DNA from: Hypanus sabinus
Lineage: Eukaryota
Assembly: GCF_030144855.1 (NCBI RefSeq)
Contig: NC_082727.1
Span: 29,202,001 to 29,266,000 of the forward strand
Direction: 5' to 3'
DNA: 64,000 nt
Below, piece after piece: positions 50,660-63,155 of this stretch. The number at the start of each line of letters is the position of its first letter. The stretch's first letter is position 1. A model generated the notes under the pieces. It was given only the letters and a program-made list of their open reading frames with translations. It made no database searches and was not told the DNA's origin. A program made the position numbers and the translations under genes.

Positions 50660-51375
50660 AAGGTACCTGGGAGTCTTCATGTAGGATTCTCTAAAGGTTA
50701 ACTTGTAGGCTGAGTCAGCAGTAAGGAAGGCAGATGCAATGCCAGCGTTCAGTTTGAGAGGACCAGATATAAAAGTAAGGATGTTATGCTGAAGCTTTAT
50801 AAGGCCTTGTTTGGATCAGACTTGGACTATTGCGAGGAGTCCTGGGCCCCTTATCTAATCAAGGACACATTGGCATTGGAGAGGGTCCAGAGGAGGTTCA
50901 CAAGAATAATCCCAAGAATGAAATGCTTAACATATGAGGAGCATTTGATGGCTCTAGTTCTGTACTTGCTGGAGTTTAGAAGAATGAAAGGGATTTAAAA
51001 CCTTTAAATGTCCTGAAACCCATTGAACATTGAAAGGCCTAGATGGAGTGGATGTGGAGAGGCTGTTTCCACTACTGGCGTAGACTAGGACCAGGGGGAA
51101 TGGCCTCAGAATACAAGGATGGCCGCTTAGAACAGAGGTGAGAAGGAATTTCTTTAGCTAGAAGTTCTATGAAATTCTTTGCCACAGACAGCTATAGAGA
51201 CTAAGTAATTGGTTAAACTTAAATGAGAGGTTGATAAGTTCTTAATTAGTAAGGGAATGAAAGATTATGGGGTAAAGGAAAATGGGGTTCAGAAGGGAAA
51301 ATTAATCAGCCGTGATGAAATGACAGTGGAGTTAATGGCTGAATGGCCTAATTCTGCTCCTGTGTCTTATTGCAT
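50660..51375 (+). mobile_element. CR1 3' fragment
   Basis: MLKLYKAL..DLDYC..SWAPY...LERVQRRFTRIIP. Confidence 0.9.
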
Positions 51376-51937
51376 TTTGGTACTTCTGGTCAGAGATGAA
51401 AAGTGTTGCTTGAAACATCAACTGCACCTGTCTACAAAGGGGTCCAGCCATAAATGACATGGTGTTTTTTTTTGTCCGGATTTGGGTATAAAATAAGTTT
51501 AGTCATTGGTTACTTGGTCATCCTGTGACTGTTTTTTGTAAACTTTACTAGCAATTATCATGTTTGGTGTGTAGCCTCTGCAATCTGGCTGTAGTGTTTG
51601 CACCTTGTATTGTTGTGGTACGAACAGTGTAAAAGAACTTGTGTGTGACAAGATAGGTGGGGATTTGGCAAACGTGGTATACTTAATGAAATGAGCAGAA
51701 GTTCAAATCCATTTTATAGCCAGAACAAATGTAGCAATGATTTAACAGAGGCCAGAAACATTAAATTGATGTCACTGTATATCATCTAGTGTTAATATCA
51801 TAATTAACCTTACAGGATGCAATGTCTATAATGTATAACTAAACGAATAATAGTGTAGGTCTGGTGTAGATCATGTGGTTTTAAAATGTCTCATGCATAG
51901 CATAACTAAAATGCTGTAATAGTAACTTTTATAAATT

Positions 51938-52730
51938 CCCAAGATTGTTTAATGTAATTTCCTGTAAACAAGTGTAAGGAGAATGAAATAATTGTTAGTC
52001 CGGATCTGATGGGGCACAAAAAAAAACACAGTATGATAATGAGCACAATAATAATATTAAAAATACACAATAAATATAAGTACATAAGATAATTTATACA
52101 CATTGATTGTATGTCCATAAAGTGATGCTAGGCTACACATAGGTTGACTGACAAGAAATAATAAAGTAGTGGGTGAAGGTGTTGATGAGTCTTACTGCTT
52201 GGGTAAAGTAACTGTTTTTGAGTCTGATGGTTCTGGTGTGGATCCTCCTCCCTGAGAATGGGACAAGCAGTCCATGAGCAGGGTGAGTGGGTTTCTTCAT
52301 GGTGTTATTGGCCCTTTTTAAACACTTTTCTGCGTATACAGTATGTCTTTAATGGTGGGTAAGCTGGTTCCAGTGATGTGTTGGGCAGTTTTCACTACCC
52401 TTTGCAGTGCAGTTTCTGTATCACGCAGTGATGCAGCTTGTGAGAATGCTCTGTACTGCACACCTGTAGAATGATGTGACCATGGATGTGCAAAGAGCAG
52501 CTCTCTTCAGCCTCCTCGGAGAGCAGAGGCATTGGTGAGCTCTGCTGATTACGTTAGATGTGTTCTGGGACCGTGAGATGCTGTGTGTGATGTAGTCTCC
52601 CAAGAGTTTGAAGCTTCTTGCTGTTTCCAATACTGTGCCACCAATGTTAAAGGGGATGAGAGTGGTGGGAGTTCTCTTGAAGTCAATAACCATCTCCTTT
52701 GTCTTGTTGATATTAAGGAAGAGATTGCCT
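51938..52730 (-). mobile_element. Rex1/Babar LINE 3' part
   Basis: ORF 52421..52693 reads MVIDFKR...FKLLG..I...RRLKR...FYRCAVQSILTSCIT. Confidence 0.88.
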
Positions 52731-52991
52731 GGTTCAGTTTATAAGTTAGATACTTGAAAGATAATTTTGTGAGAGAACTTTTAGGAATTAATAATAATTC
52801 CTAGTTGCTGGCTTTAATGCTGATTGTGCTCTTTGAATCCTGCTGCTTAAAAAATTTTAAGTGGGTAATTAAGCTTTTCTGTCTCATTTTATTGAATAAT
52901 TAACCTTTTTGAGTGGCAGAGAAATGACAACATGGAAGCCTGACATACGGTGGGTTGAATAAGGTCTTAACTAGTACATAGGGACAATCAG

Positions 52992-53355
52992 AAACACACG
53001 AGAATCTGCAGATGCTGGAAATCCAGAGCAACCTCTTATTGCTTACTCCTTCTCTACCCCTCACCTGCCTATCATCTCCTTCTGGTACCTCTCTCTCCTC
53101 CTTCTCGTTCTGTCATGGCCCTCTCTCCTCTCCTAACAGGTTCCTTCTTCTATACCCCTCTACCAATTCCACCAATCAACTCCCAGCTTCGAACTTTATC
53201 TCTCTCCCCCACCCGTCCACCTTTCTCCTTCTTCTGGCTTCTTCCCCCTTTCCAGTTCTGATGAAGAGCCTCGGCCCAAAATGGTGACTGTTTACTCCCC
53301 TCCATGGAGGCTGCCTGGCCTTGTGACTTCCTCTGGCATTTTGTATATGTTGCAC
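52992..53355. mobile_element. Penelope-like element: inverted tail plus plus-strand pseudo-LTR
   Basis: Minus tail at 52992-53032. cagtt CTGATGA agagcctcggccc AAAA lies at about 53253-53281. Confidence 0.8.
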
Positions 53356-54334
53356 TGACACAGAGTAAAAGTGCATGGGCTTCCTGAGCTTCCTGTTGAG
53401 GGCGTTTGTGCTTGTTTTCCCTCTGTCTTTCAAAATTGAATAAAATTGTGATGGCAAAGAATTTCCTTCATGAAGTATGAAAGCAGCAGTATCCACCAGC
53501 AAATGTGTTTCATACCCCTTGTGTCCGATCTCAAAGTTCACTTATTATCAAAAGCGCATATATGTCACCATATACTACCCTGCGATTCTTTCTCTTGTGG
53601 GCATTCACAGCAAGTACAAAGAAGGGCAAGAGAATCAATGAAAAATTGCACACGGCAAAGACAATGTGCAAATAATCCAGTCATGTTTCTGTATTGTGAA
53701 GTGCAAGTCCTTTCAATTTGTTTTGTGCTGGCTGTAACCTGTATTTGCATTTTGATCTCATTGGCATCTACCACTTTGAGCTGTTTGAGTCAAAAATGTG
53801 GTTGTAATTGTTAATAATTTTCTCTTAATTTTTTTTAGTACAGAAGCAAAACTGAATTGTTTGGAATAGATAGCTGTTCAATAGTATTGGACCATTAATT
53901 CAATTATTCATGACTCATTACTGCACATCAAGATGGAGAATGGTGTGTTCATGCTTCTGAATATATTTGTATTTTAATATATTGTCTTCTCTAAGCATTA
54001 CTGTCATTTGAAATAAGCTCCCATAAGAGTTATTACTCTTACTCTGCTGCTTTGTGAATCTTCTCAACAAATCAAACATTTCGTCTCAAGGCCCTTTATC
54101 TTTATTTTTCAGAAATGGGAACAAAAAATGACTGTGAATCTCTCCTTATGAACTGCTGTTCCCTCCTCCCACATACTTCCACTATGGTGTCATTCTCCAT
54201 GGAATCCTTGGACAAAACAGAGCTGTAGGACCCTGCTTAATTTAGTCCTAACTTCAAATAGGGGCTTATTGGCAGGCCTCGTTTCAGCTTAGTGACATAG
54301 TGGGTTCTTGCTTTCTAACCGCTGTAGACTTCAG

Positions 54335-54700
54335 TTCATCCAAGACTCGATGACCCACGTACATCCAGGTGCCAAGACCCATTCATCAATCGTGCCTGTA
54401 TTGGCTCTGGGTCCATCAAAACTTTCATCTGAGCATTTATAAACTGAGATTCCTGTCCAAATCTGTCTATGGGCCTGCAACTCCCTATCTCTGTGATCTC
54501 TTCCGTCCGTGCAATCTTCTGAGAACCTGGCGTCCTCTCGTTCTGGCTGCTTGTGAATCACTGATCTCTCTCCCCTATCACTGACGGCTGTGCAGTCAGC
54601 AGCTCTGTCTCCAGGCTGTTCCATTTCCTTCCTGAATTTATTTGCCTCATTACCTGATCTGTCTTAGGAGCTTTCTTAAAATTTACCTTTGAGGCTTCAG
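54335..54700 (+). mobile_element. Ancient L2-like LINE C-terminal remnant
   Basis: LYWLWVHQ...KSVYGPATPYLCDLFRP resembles the L2 motif LHWLPV..KSLHGLAPPYL. A similar remnant lies at about 55590-55895. Confidence 0.55.
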
Positions 54701-55897
54701 GGTTGCTTGCATCATGGTGTCAGATTCTGCCCACTTATCCTGCTGTGGAGTGACTTGGAATAATTTAATTATATTAAATAAATTTTAAAGCAATTAAAGT
54801 CTTACAGTGATTGTGACAGCTGGAATGTATTATTCCTTTTTGACTTGCAACTTTTAATAGGGTCATTTCCTGGGGTTCTTCATTGTTATCCTGCCGAATG
54901 GGATGTATTCAGCCTGATTTTTATTACCTGTCTGGTGAGCGTACACCTCACATCACTGGGAGTATCTCTGGTTGCTGATCCTGCTATCAGTGTTGATGAA
55001 GCAAAACAGTACCTTCATACTTGAAAGTGGAAACTAATCATGACATTGGTTGAATGGACATGAAAAAGAAAGATCAATGGAGAACCCCTAGCAAAGCTTT
55101 TTACTTCTAGTCTACGCAAACACCTTTCCTTTCCTTGTCTTGTCTTTCTCATTTAATTATTATTATTCTGCACTAGAATTTGAAAATGTGGTAGGTTTCT
55201 ACACGTAGCTTGATGACACCCAACCAGAATTATCCTTTTGATCCTTTTCTAGTGCTAATTTCTTGTGTTGTTTTCCGTGCATCAATAAGGAATGAGTAGT
55301 ACGTCTACTATTGGGAAGACCAAAACCATTGTCAATTTTCCCAGTTTCTACCTTCACAAATTACATTCTGTAACCACCAACTCCATCCCTTTTCCTTGCA
55401 ATGGTCTGAAACTGAACAGACTTCTATTTGCCTTAGATTCCCCCCTCCCCTCAAGGTGAGCTCCAGACCACAAACTTGCATCGTCATTAAAACCATCTGT
55501 TTCCACTGTGGGTGATACACTCTTGCGTGTGTTTTTTTTCCTTTTAGGTTTGACTATTTCATTAAATAGCCTCCTTTGACTTCCACAACCTGAAGTCATC
55601 CAAAACTGCTTAAGATCTTACACACACTTTGCACCTCTACTTACTGACCTTATTGGTTCCCTGTTAAGCTATGCTCTGATTTCAAAATTATCATTTTTGT
55701 TTCCAAATCTATTCATGAGTTCACCCTTCCCTGATACTGTAGTCTTCTCCAGTTTGATAATCCTCAGCAATATCTCCACTCTAATTTTAGCCTCTTGCTC
55801 CTTCCCAAATTTAATTGCACCAACATTGGCAGCTCACTTCCAAAGTCAGGCCTTATTCACTGAAAATTCTCACCTAAACTTCTCCACCTCTCATTCT

Positions 55898-56181
55898 AAA
55901 TACAAGAGATTCTGCAGATGCTAGAAATCTTGAGCAGCACACACAAAATGTTGGAGGAACACAGAAGGTCAGGCAGCATCTAAAGCACAATTGATGTTTC
56001 AGGCCAAGACCCTTCATCAGGAGGAGAACGGAGAGGAGGCTGAAGCCAGAGTAAGATGGTGGGTAGAGTGGAAGGAGTACAAGCTGGGAGGTGATAGATG
56101 AGACCAAGTAGTAAGGCTGATGAATTAACAAGTTGGGAGGAGATAGGTAGAAGAGATAAAGAGCTGAAGAGGAAGGAATCA
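55898..56181 (-). mobile_element. Penelope-like pseudo-LTR; hammerhead core retained but stem I lost
   Basis: Minus strand reads CTGATGA agggtcttggcct GAAA cATC at about 55993-56020. Confidence 0.8.
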
Positions 56182-56797
56182 TTTTGTCTCTGGCTGGCTT
56201 AAATGTTTTACAAAATTATGAGTTGAATATTATAGATCACTTGGTGAGCCAGAGGCATTAAAAATTGTTAAGTGTCTAAGATTCAGTGATAGCTCCTTCA
56301 ATTGAAACTTGATTCTTCTGTTATCAAGCAGTAATAAAAGAATATTTTACAAAGAGACACAGGGATCTGGAGCAAAATATAAACCATTGAAGAGTTCAGT
56401 GGGCCGAGCAACATCTGTGCAGACAAGTAAGTGGTCAATGAGTCAATAAGTGGTCAATGGCTCTCAGACTTCTGAAATGTCCTCCTCTTTCCAGAAATTT
56501 CTCGCCAACTTATGGATCCCTCACATACATTTCCTTGATTTTCTCCCTGGAGAGATCAGGCATAGAATTCCTTGGTCTTTGGCCTTCATGTCTCCAGAGC
56601 ATCATCCTTCACATTTCTATCAGCTCCAACTGCATCTCACCAATTGACACATCTTTCTCTTACTGCCAGCCACCCCCCCCCCCCCCACCCTTCTGCTCTG
56701 TACAGACGTGACTCTCTCTGTGACTTCCTACTTCATTCAGGGGTAGTCTGCAATCGGGGGCATGTTTTATCTGATAATGTTATAAGAATCACAAAAG

Positions 56798-57035
56798 ATG
56801 GCACAGTAGGATAGCGGTTAGCAAAACACTATTGCAGCACCAGTGACTTAGGTTCAATTCCTGCTGCTGTCTGTAAGGGGTTTGTACATTCTCCTCATGA
56901 CAGAGTGGTTTTTTTCCGGGTGCTCTGCTTTCCTCCCACATTCCAAAGGCATGCTTCTTAGTAGGCTAATTGGTCACATGGGTGTAATTTTTCAGCACAG
57001 GCCAGAAAGGCCTGTTACCGTACTGTATCTCTGAA
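56798..57035 (+). mobile_element. V-SINE (HE1-like)
   Basis: tRNA-like head with GGTTCAATTCC, then tttgtacattctcc...ccgggtgctctgctttcctcccacattccaaag. Confidence 0.85.
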
Positions 57036-57377
57036 CAAAATCAACTAATTCACCAGAAAAGCTGTGTTGATACTACTACTCTGTGGCTTCGAGAGTTGAA
57101 CCCATTCTTTCATTCCAGTACAATTTGTTGTTATTTCATGAATCTTCTCTGATAAGTTCCATCCTGCTGGCCTATTTCCATAAAAGGAGTAAATTCAAGT
57201 TAAAAAAAAGATTGAATTTTATGAACAGAGCATGAACTTTCTATTGTGAACTTCAAGACCAAAATTTTAACTGGAACTTGATATGTGTGAATAGGAAGGA
57301 ACTTTTAATAAAAAATGATTCCTCAAATATGGAGGAAATAGAAGCAACAGAAGAGAAGACATGAAAGCTTGTATGGT

Positions 57378-57575
57378 AAACACAAGAGATTCTGCGAAAG
57401 CTGGAAATCCAGAGTAATGCATGCAAAATGTTGGAGAAATTCAGCAGGTCAGGCAGCAGCTGTGGAGAGGAATAAACCATTTAGGGACAAGACCCTCCCC
57501 AAAATGTCAATCATTTATTCCTCTCCGTAGATGTTGCCTGAGCTGCTGAGTTCCTCCAGCATTTTGTCTGTGTTA
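57378..57575. mobile_element. Inverted Penelope-like pseudo-LTR pair
   Basis: Strand switch at gaccct|ccccaaaatgtc (about 57496). Confidence 0.8.
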
Positions 57576-59089
57576 TTTTTATGTAGTCATGCTATCCAAT
57601 GTTTAAAGCAAATGGTAGGAGAGAGTGCTACCATTTTCCTGCTTTTATGGCATTAGGTTCTTCAATACTATGAAGGTTATTCTATATGGTCTAGTCTCAG
57701 AACTCAATTATAAAGTGATTTTAACAACAAAAAATATAACAATACAAATCTTCAGTTGATAGGTCAGGGTTGTACAAATTGAATGCTCTTTCATGGTCCA
57801 GTGTCTTTTTGAGTATTCACCACAGATTTGCGCTGTGGTGGTTCTGCTGAAATAGTGGGGTGTAGATTATGCTGTTCATTGTGTTTGCACCATCTGTCAA
57901 GGGATCTATTGATTTTCTTACAGTAAACTCCGAGGTGACTTCTTGACTGTCATCCGCAGTGTTGAAAGCACTCATTGTTGGTTTTTTTCCAAGAGATCAC
58001 ACGGAACGGTCAGGGTTTACAAAGCCTGTAAAGGCTGCATCTGTTCTGTAGCCTGCCTCTTCAGAGGCTTTATTTATTGCACTTGGCTCAGGGTGAGTTG
58101 ACGTGAAAATCTTTTGACTAACAGAAGAAACCACGGATTGTTTCTTTGCTGCATCAAATCAGTACAAAATAATGTGTCCAATTTTTATAACCTGTAGTAA
58201 AAACAGTAACAGAGATCTGTGGCCACTCCTCACTTGATTGAATTTGTTATTCACCATATTGTTTATTCTCCCCTTAAATCTTTCAGCCCTGAAGAACATT
58301 GTGAATGGTTTTATGAAATTGAATAATGTATCAGAAGCAGATTGACTTAACAAGCGATGTAGAATGCACCGTGATTCTTCACTGGAGTCTATTCGGATAA
58401 CAATTGATCCTGAGTTATGGGGAATCTTTCAGGTGGATGACCAAATGCATTTTTTCAACAACATAGATTCTAAGCAGGGGAGGGCAAGGGGTTTGTGGAA
58501 AAAATTCAAGAGCTTAGAATAAAGGAGGCAGTCCAGATCGTGTAGGACACAGGTAGTGGTAAGGAGCTCATACCTTACAGAATACAGCAAGGTGAGTTTG
58601 GCAAGGGCTCAGATTAGTGTGACAGGGAAGATGAGAGGCACATCAGGAGAGTTTTTGAATAATCAAGTCTACACGGTATTGCCACCCAGACAAATGTTGG
58701 TGCAGATGGGAGAACATAAAGATGACAAATTCACTTATGTGAATCATCAGTCGTACTCTGTTCCACCCAGCTGAGACTGTGGCTAAACGCCTGAGGGGGC
58801 TCACTCTTACTGTGCAAGCATGATGCAGCTGAAGTGGCATCACTGTTTTGCGTATACACGTCTATAAGAGCGCAGCAGCACCTTGCTGAGCTCCGAGTTC
58901 CAGCTCTCACAGCTTCTGTGCAATGCTGATAATCAGAGACTTCATTGTTGGAGACAATGCAGAGAAAGAATGACAGGATTGAGAAAGGAACAATAGTTAA
59001 ACCCAATAAATATGTTGGAAAGAACTTGTGCCTCAGAGAAAATATTAACAGCAAATTCAAATTCCCTCCAAAGGGTGAGGCTTACTTGA

Positions 59090-59980
59090 TTATATCCCCG
59101 GGTTCCGCATGCGCGGATTCAACCAACCGCAGGTTGGGAAAACCCAGAAGTTTCCCGATTCCCAGCACTCGTCGTTTGAATATTATTCGCCTCGCGTCTC
59201 ATTTGGTCGCTACTTTGTTTCTGTGAAAAAATGGCTCCTCAAAAGTAATTAAGTGGTCAAAGCAATTCCTCAAAGGCTAAGAGGGAATGTAAACTGCTAT
59301 CTCTCGCTGAGAAAGTAGATATCTTAGATCTTTTGAGAAGTGGCATTGTTGCTTGCCAAATTGGTCCTCAGCGTTCAACCTTCCATGATCCTGACTTTAG
59401 TATTATTGAGCCTCCTCCAAAGCGTCCTTATTCCCTAAACAATACAGTGTAACAACTACTTAAATAGCATTTCCATGTATTAGGTGTTATTACTGTAATC
59501 TAGAGATGATTAAGAGTATTATTCATTGTTTGAAATTGTTCACCTTGCGTCTCGTTCATTCGCTACTTGTGCTGTGAGTGAGAGGGAGGAGTTTAAGGCT
59601 AGTATGGGATGGCTGGCTAGCTATGTAAAGCGCTACAGCCTCAAGACCTTAAAGATCACGGGAGAATCGGGATCGGCTGATGCCGAGGCAGCATCAGCGT
59701 TCCCANNNNNNNNNNNNNNNNNNNNNNNNNNNNNNNNNNNNNNNNNNNNNNNNNNNNNNNNNNNNNNNNNNNNNNNNNNNNNNNNNNNNNNNNNNNNNNN
59801 NNNNNNNNNNNNNNNNNNNNNNNNNNNNNNNNNNNNNNNNNNNNNNNNNNNNNNNNNNNNNNNNNNNNNNNNNNNNNNNNNNNNNNNNNNNNNNNNNNNN
59901 NNNNNNNNNNNNNNNNNNNNNNNNNNNNNNNNCCGGGGGGTCCTCGGAACCAATCCCCCGCGGATAAGGAGGGCCGACTG
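59090..59980 (+). mobile_element. Tigger/pogo non-autonomous element spanning an assembly gap
   Basis: LLSLAEKVDILDLL and FKASMGWL..YVKRY......GESGSAD motifs. Right terminus ...ggagggccgactg-TA. Confidence 0.85.
59706..59932. other. Assembly gap (227 N)
   Basis: Run of n. Confidence 1.
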
Positions 59981-60294
59981 TAATTTCCAGCACCTGCAGG
60001 TTTTCTTTTGTTTATGATTGGACTCTGAATCTCTGCCAGGGCACTGGGTGTATTCCTTACCAGTTTCTGGTTATTGCATAAGATCAGGTTTTTATGCAGA
60101 TTTTCTGTGTTAATCCTTTATTTTTCATCATGGCAGTATTTTTCTATGATATCCCATTTGCAATACTTTTAAATTAGGTTGTCCGTAAAAGCAGAATTAG
60201 GCCATTTGGCCCATCGCATCTGCTCCACCATTCAATCATGGCTGATTTATAATCCCTCAACCCCACGTTCCTGACTTCTCCCCTTAACCTCTGT

Positions 60295-60437
60295 TGGCTA
60301 TGTTGCACTGGAAAGTATGGCTACACTTGCTGGCTGCCCCTCCCCCAGCACATCCTTGGGTGTGTTGGTTGTTAATACAAGTGACATACTTCACTCTGTT
60401 ATAATATACATGTGATAAATAAATCTGAATGTGAATG
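60295..60437 (+). mobile_element. Repeat family A copy
   Basis: ccccagcacatccttgggtgtgttggttg...aataaatctgaa. Confidence 0.75.
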
Positions 60438-60854
60438 AGAGGAGAGGAGCAAGATCCTACTGCAAGTATACAGTGGGCAAACAGTCGTATAGTAAATCAT
60501 ATCTGTAAAATCACTGATGCTTTCTGGATTTGCTTTCAGCCAGAAAAAGTAGATCCGCTGTTAGCTTTGCTAATTTCACTGTGGGTAAAGCATTTACCTC
60601 CAGGATGAGGAATTGTGTGAGTACATTGCTACCTTTCGTGGAGTCATGAAGAGACACTGCTCTGAATAGCACTCCAACCTGCCATCCACACTGGCCATCA
60701 ACATTTACATTAATCCAATATTAATCCCAATTTTGTATTCTTTCCCACGTCCTCATCAACTCATCCCAGATTCTACCACTTACCAACTCTCAGTGGCCAC
60801 GTAAACTACTAGTCCAAAGGTCTTTAGGGAATTAGGAGAAAGCTATGGCTTTTC

Positions 60855-61213
60855 GCTATAGAATGAAGGGAGATAAGAGGTGATTTTATAGAGGTGTACA
60901 AGATGATAAGAAACATCGATCCAGTGGATAGCCAGACTTTTTCCATGGCAGAAATGCTAATTCAAATGGGCATAAGTATAGGTAGATGGAGGAAAGTATA
61001 GGGATATGTCAGAGGTAAATTTTTAACACAGAGAGTGGTGAGTACTTGGAACACCCTAGTGGGGGTGTTTAAGAAACTTAGATAAGCACATGGATGATAT
61101 AAAAATGGAGAGCTATGTAGGAGGGAAGGGTTAGATTGATCTTAGAGTAGGTTAAAAGGTTGGCATGACATTGTGGACTGAAGAGTTTGTACTGTGTTGT
61201 TATGTTCTATGTT
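60855..61213 (+). mobile_element. CR1 3' fragment inserted within a minus-strand V-SINE (about 60790-61290)
   Basis: RGDFIEVYKMIR motif. Flanks aggtctttagg and cacagggagaatgtctaaattccacac match the V-domain. Confidence 0.75.
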
Positions 61214-61869
61214 ATTTGGAACACTTGGTCACAGGGAGAATGTCTAAATTCCACACAGAAAGCAACTCCAGTCAGGAATGAACCCAGGTCATTCCCCCTT
61301 TCCTAACATTACCTCTGCGCAAATCTTTTGGGGATTTGTTGGACTTGGATCAGTTAATGTTGCTGGTGAGATTCCTCACCCCTCACCACTCTTGTAATGA
61401 GTTCATAGCCAAAGCTGGCAGAAGCCGATGCAGTTTTAGGTCTGTGTTCAGGCGCTCCTCAGTACAGTCGATCAGTGGGACAGTGTACAACAAGAGTAAT
61501 GTGATGTCTCGGTGGTTGTTAACTAAAGCACTGATAACGTTAAGTGATGGTATGTGGTTTTCTCTGATCTTGAATAGCTTTCCTTTCAAAGTAGCGTTGT
61601 GGCAGGGTCCAGTTACACCGTGTGCATAGCAATGTGTATGTGACACAACCTGACATTTAATTAGAAAATGCTCCAGAACAGACCAATTTTACGGCTGTGG
61701 TCATCGTGACAGACTGAAATCTTTATTGTCTCTGCTGAACGAGTTTCACAGGAAACTTTTAAGGAGGGTAATGAATAATTGGAACTCAAAGCAAAGACTG
61801 ATAGTTTTTTAATATTAATATTATCAAAGAAAATGGTGTTACTGTTGGGTATATTTAGAGTGAGGGTCT

Positions 61870-62020
61870 AGAGGTTCTTGATTGTTAAAAGTGTCAAAGG
61901 TTAAGGGGAGAAGGCAGGAGAACGAAGTTAAGAGGGATAATAAATCAGCCATTATTGAATGGTGGAGCAGACTCAATGGACCACATAGCCTAACTCTGCT
62001 CCTGTGCCTTACTGTCTAAA
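61870..62020 (+). mobile_element. CR1 3' tail
   Basis: ggggagaaggcaggagaa...aatcagccat...ctctgctcct. Confidence 0.7.
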
Positions 62021-62394
62021 ACAGAGAAGTGAATCTGAGATAAAAGATTGGCCATGATTGTACTGAGTGTTGGGGCAGCTGAAGGAGGTGACAAGGCTTC
62101 TTGTGTGGCTTCCTTACATGCCATGAAAAAGATCTCCAATGGATCTTGTGGTTTTTAAGGCAAGATCTTGGATTTCAGCAAAAACATTCTTTTCAGTTGC
62201 AACTGGTAGGTGAGCATTGAGGACCAAGAAAGAGAGTAAAAGAATTTGTAGCTTAATAAAATTTGATCTGTCTCAACTAATTCCTCAATCTAGCTGACCT
62301 TAAGTGCTTGAGAAAAACTGGGATTAAGTTGGATCTTTCAGCTGCTATCAGACTTAGCTGCTCCATTCATTATACGTTAGAAGCAACAATCACA

Positions 62395-62970
62395 AGTCAA
62401 CTTATTATCAACATTGCATGTATGTCACGATATACTACCTTGAGATTTGTTTTCTTGGAGGCATATCAGGAAAATAAAGAAGTACAGTGGAAATTATGAA
62501 AAAACTATAGATAGAGACTGACAAACAGCCAATGTGCAGAAGAAAAGAAGCTGCAAATAGAAAATTAGCACCAAGAACATGAGTTGTAGAGACAGTTGTA
62601 GTGAGTGGAGTTACCCTCAGCAGTTAAGGAGTCTGGTCGTTGTAAGGTAATAATTGTTCCTGAACCTGGTGTGGTGGGACCCAAGGCTTCTGTACCTGCT
62701 GCCCGATGGTAGTAATGAGAAGAGAGCATGGCCTGGGTAGTGGGGGTCCTGAATGATGGATGCCAGCAGTCAATGTGAACGTGCTCAATGGTGGGGAGAG
62801 ATTTGCCTGTGATGGACTAGGCTGCATTCTCCACTTTCTGTGCCTTTTCTGTTCCCGAGCATTGGTGTGTCCATTTTCAGCTGTGACATAGCCAGTTAGG
62901 AAACTCTCCGCTGAGCATCTATAAAAATTTGTCGAAGTTTTTGGTGTCATGCCGAATCTATGCAAACAGT
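62395..62970 (-). mobile_element. Rex1/Babar LINE 3' part
   Basis: ORF 62624..62965 reads RFGMTPKTSTNFYRCSAESFLTG. Confidence 0.85.
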
Positions 62971-63011
62971 CTTGGACAGACTATTCATGAACTAGAAAAT
63001 AGTCTATAGGA

Positions 63012-63155
63012 GTAACACACACAAAATGCAGGAAAAACCCAGGAGGTTAGGCAGCATCTATGGAAAGAAATAACAGCCGACATCTCAGGCCAAGACCCTT
63101 ATTCGTGAGACCCGATGAAGCGCCTTGGCTGAAAATGTCGACTGTCATTTCCATA
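63012..63155. mobile_element. Inverted Penelope-like pseudo-LTR pair
   Basis: Minus arm to about 63100, then CCGATGA agcgccttggct GAAA atgtcgactg. Confidence 0.75.

Noticed and set aside
49997-50701. Longest ORF (234 aa) as a gene
   Set aside because: It begins inside a family A repeat, ends in a CR1 fragment, and has no recognisable domain.
59526-60017. ORFs spanning the N run
   Set aside because: Their length is an artefact of the gap. The real part is a Tigger transposase remnant.
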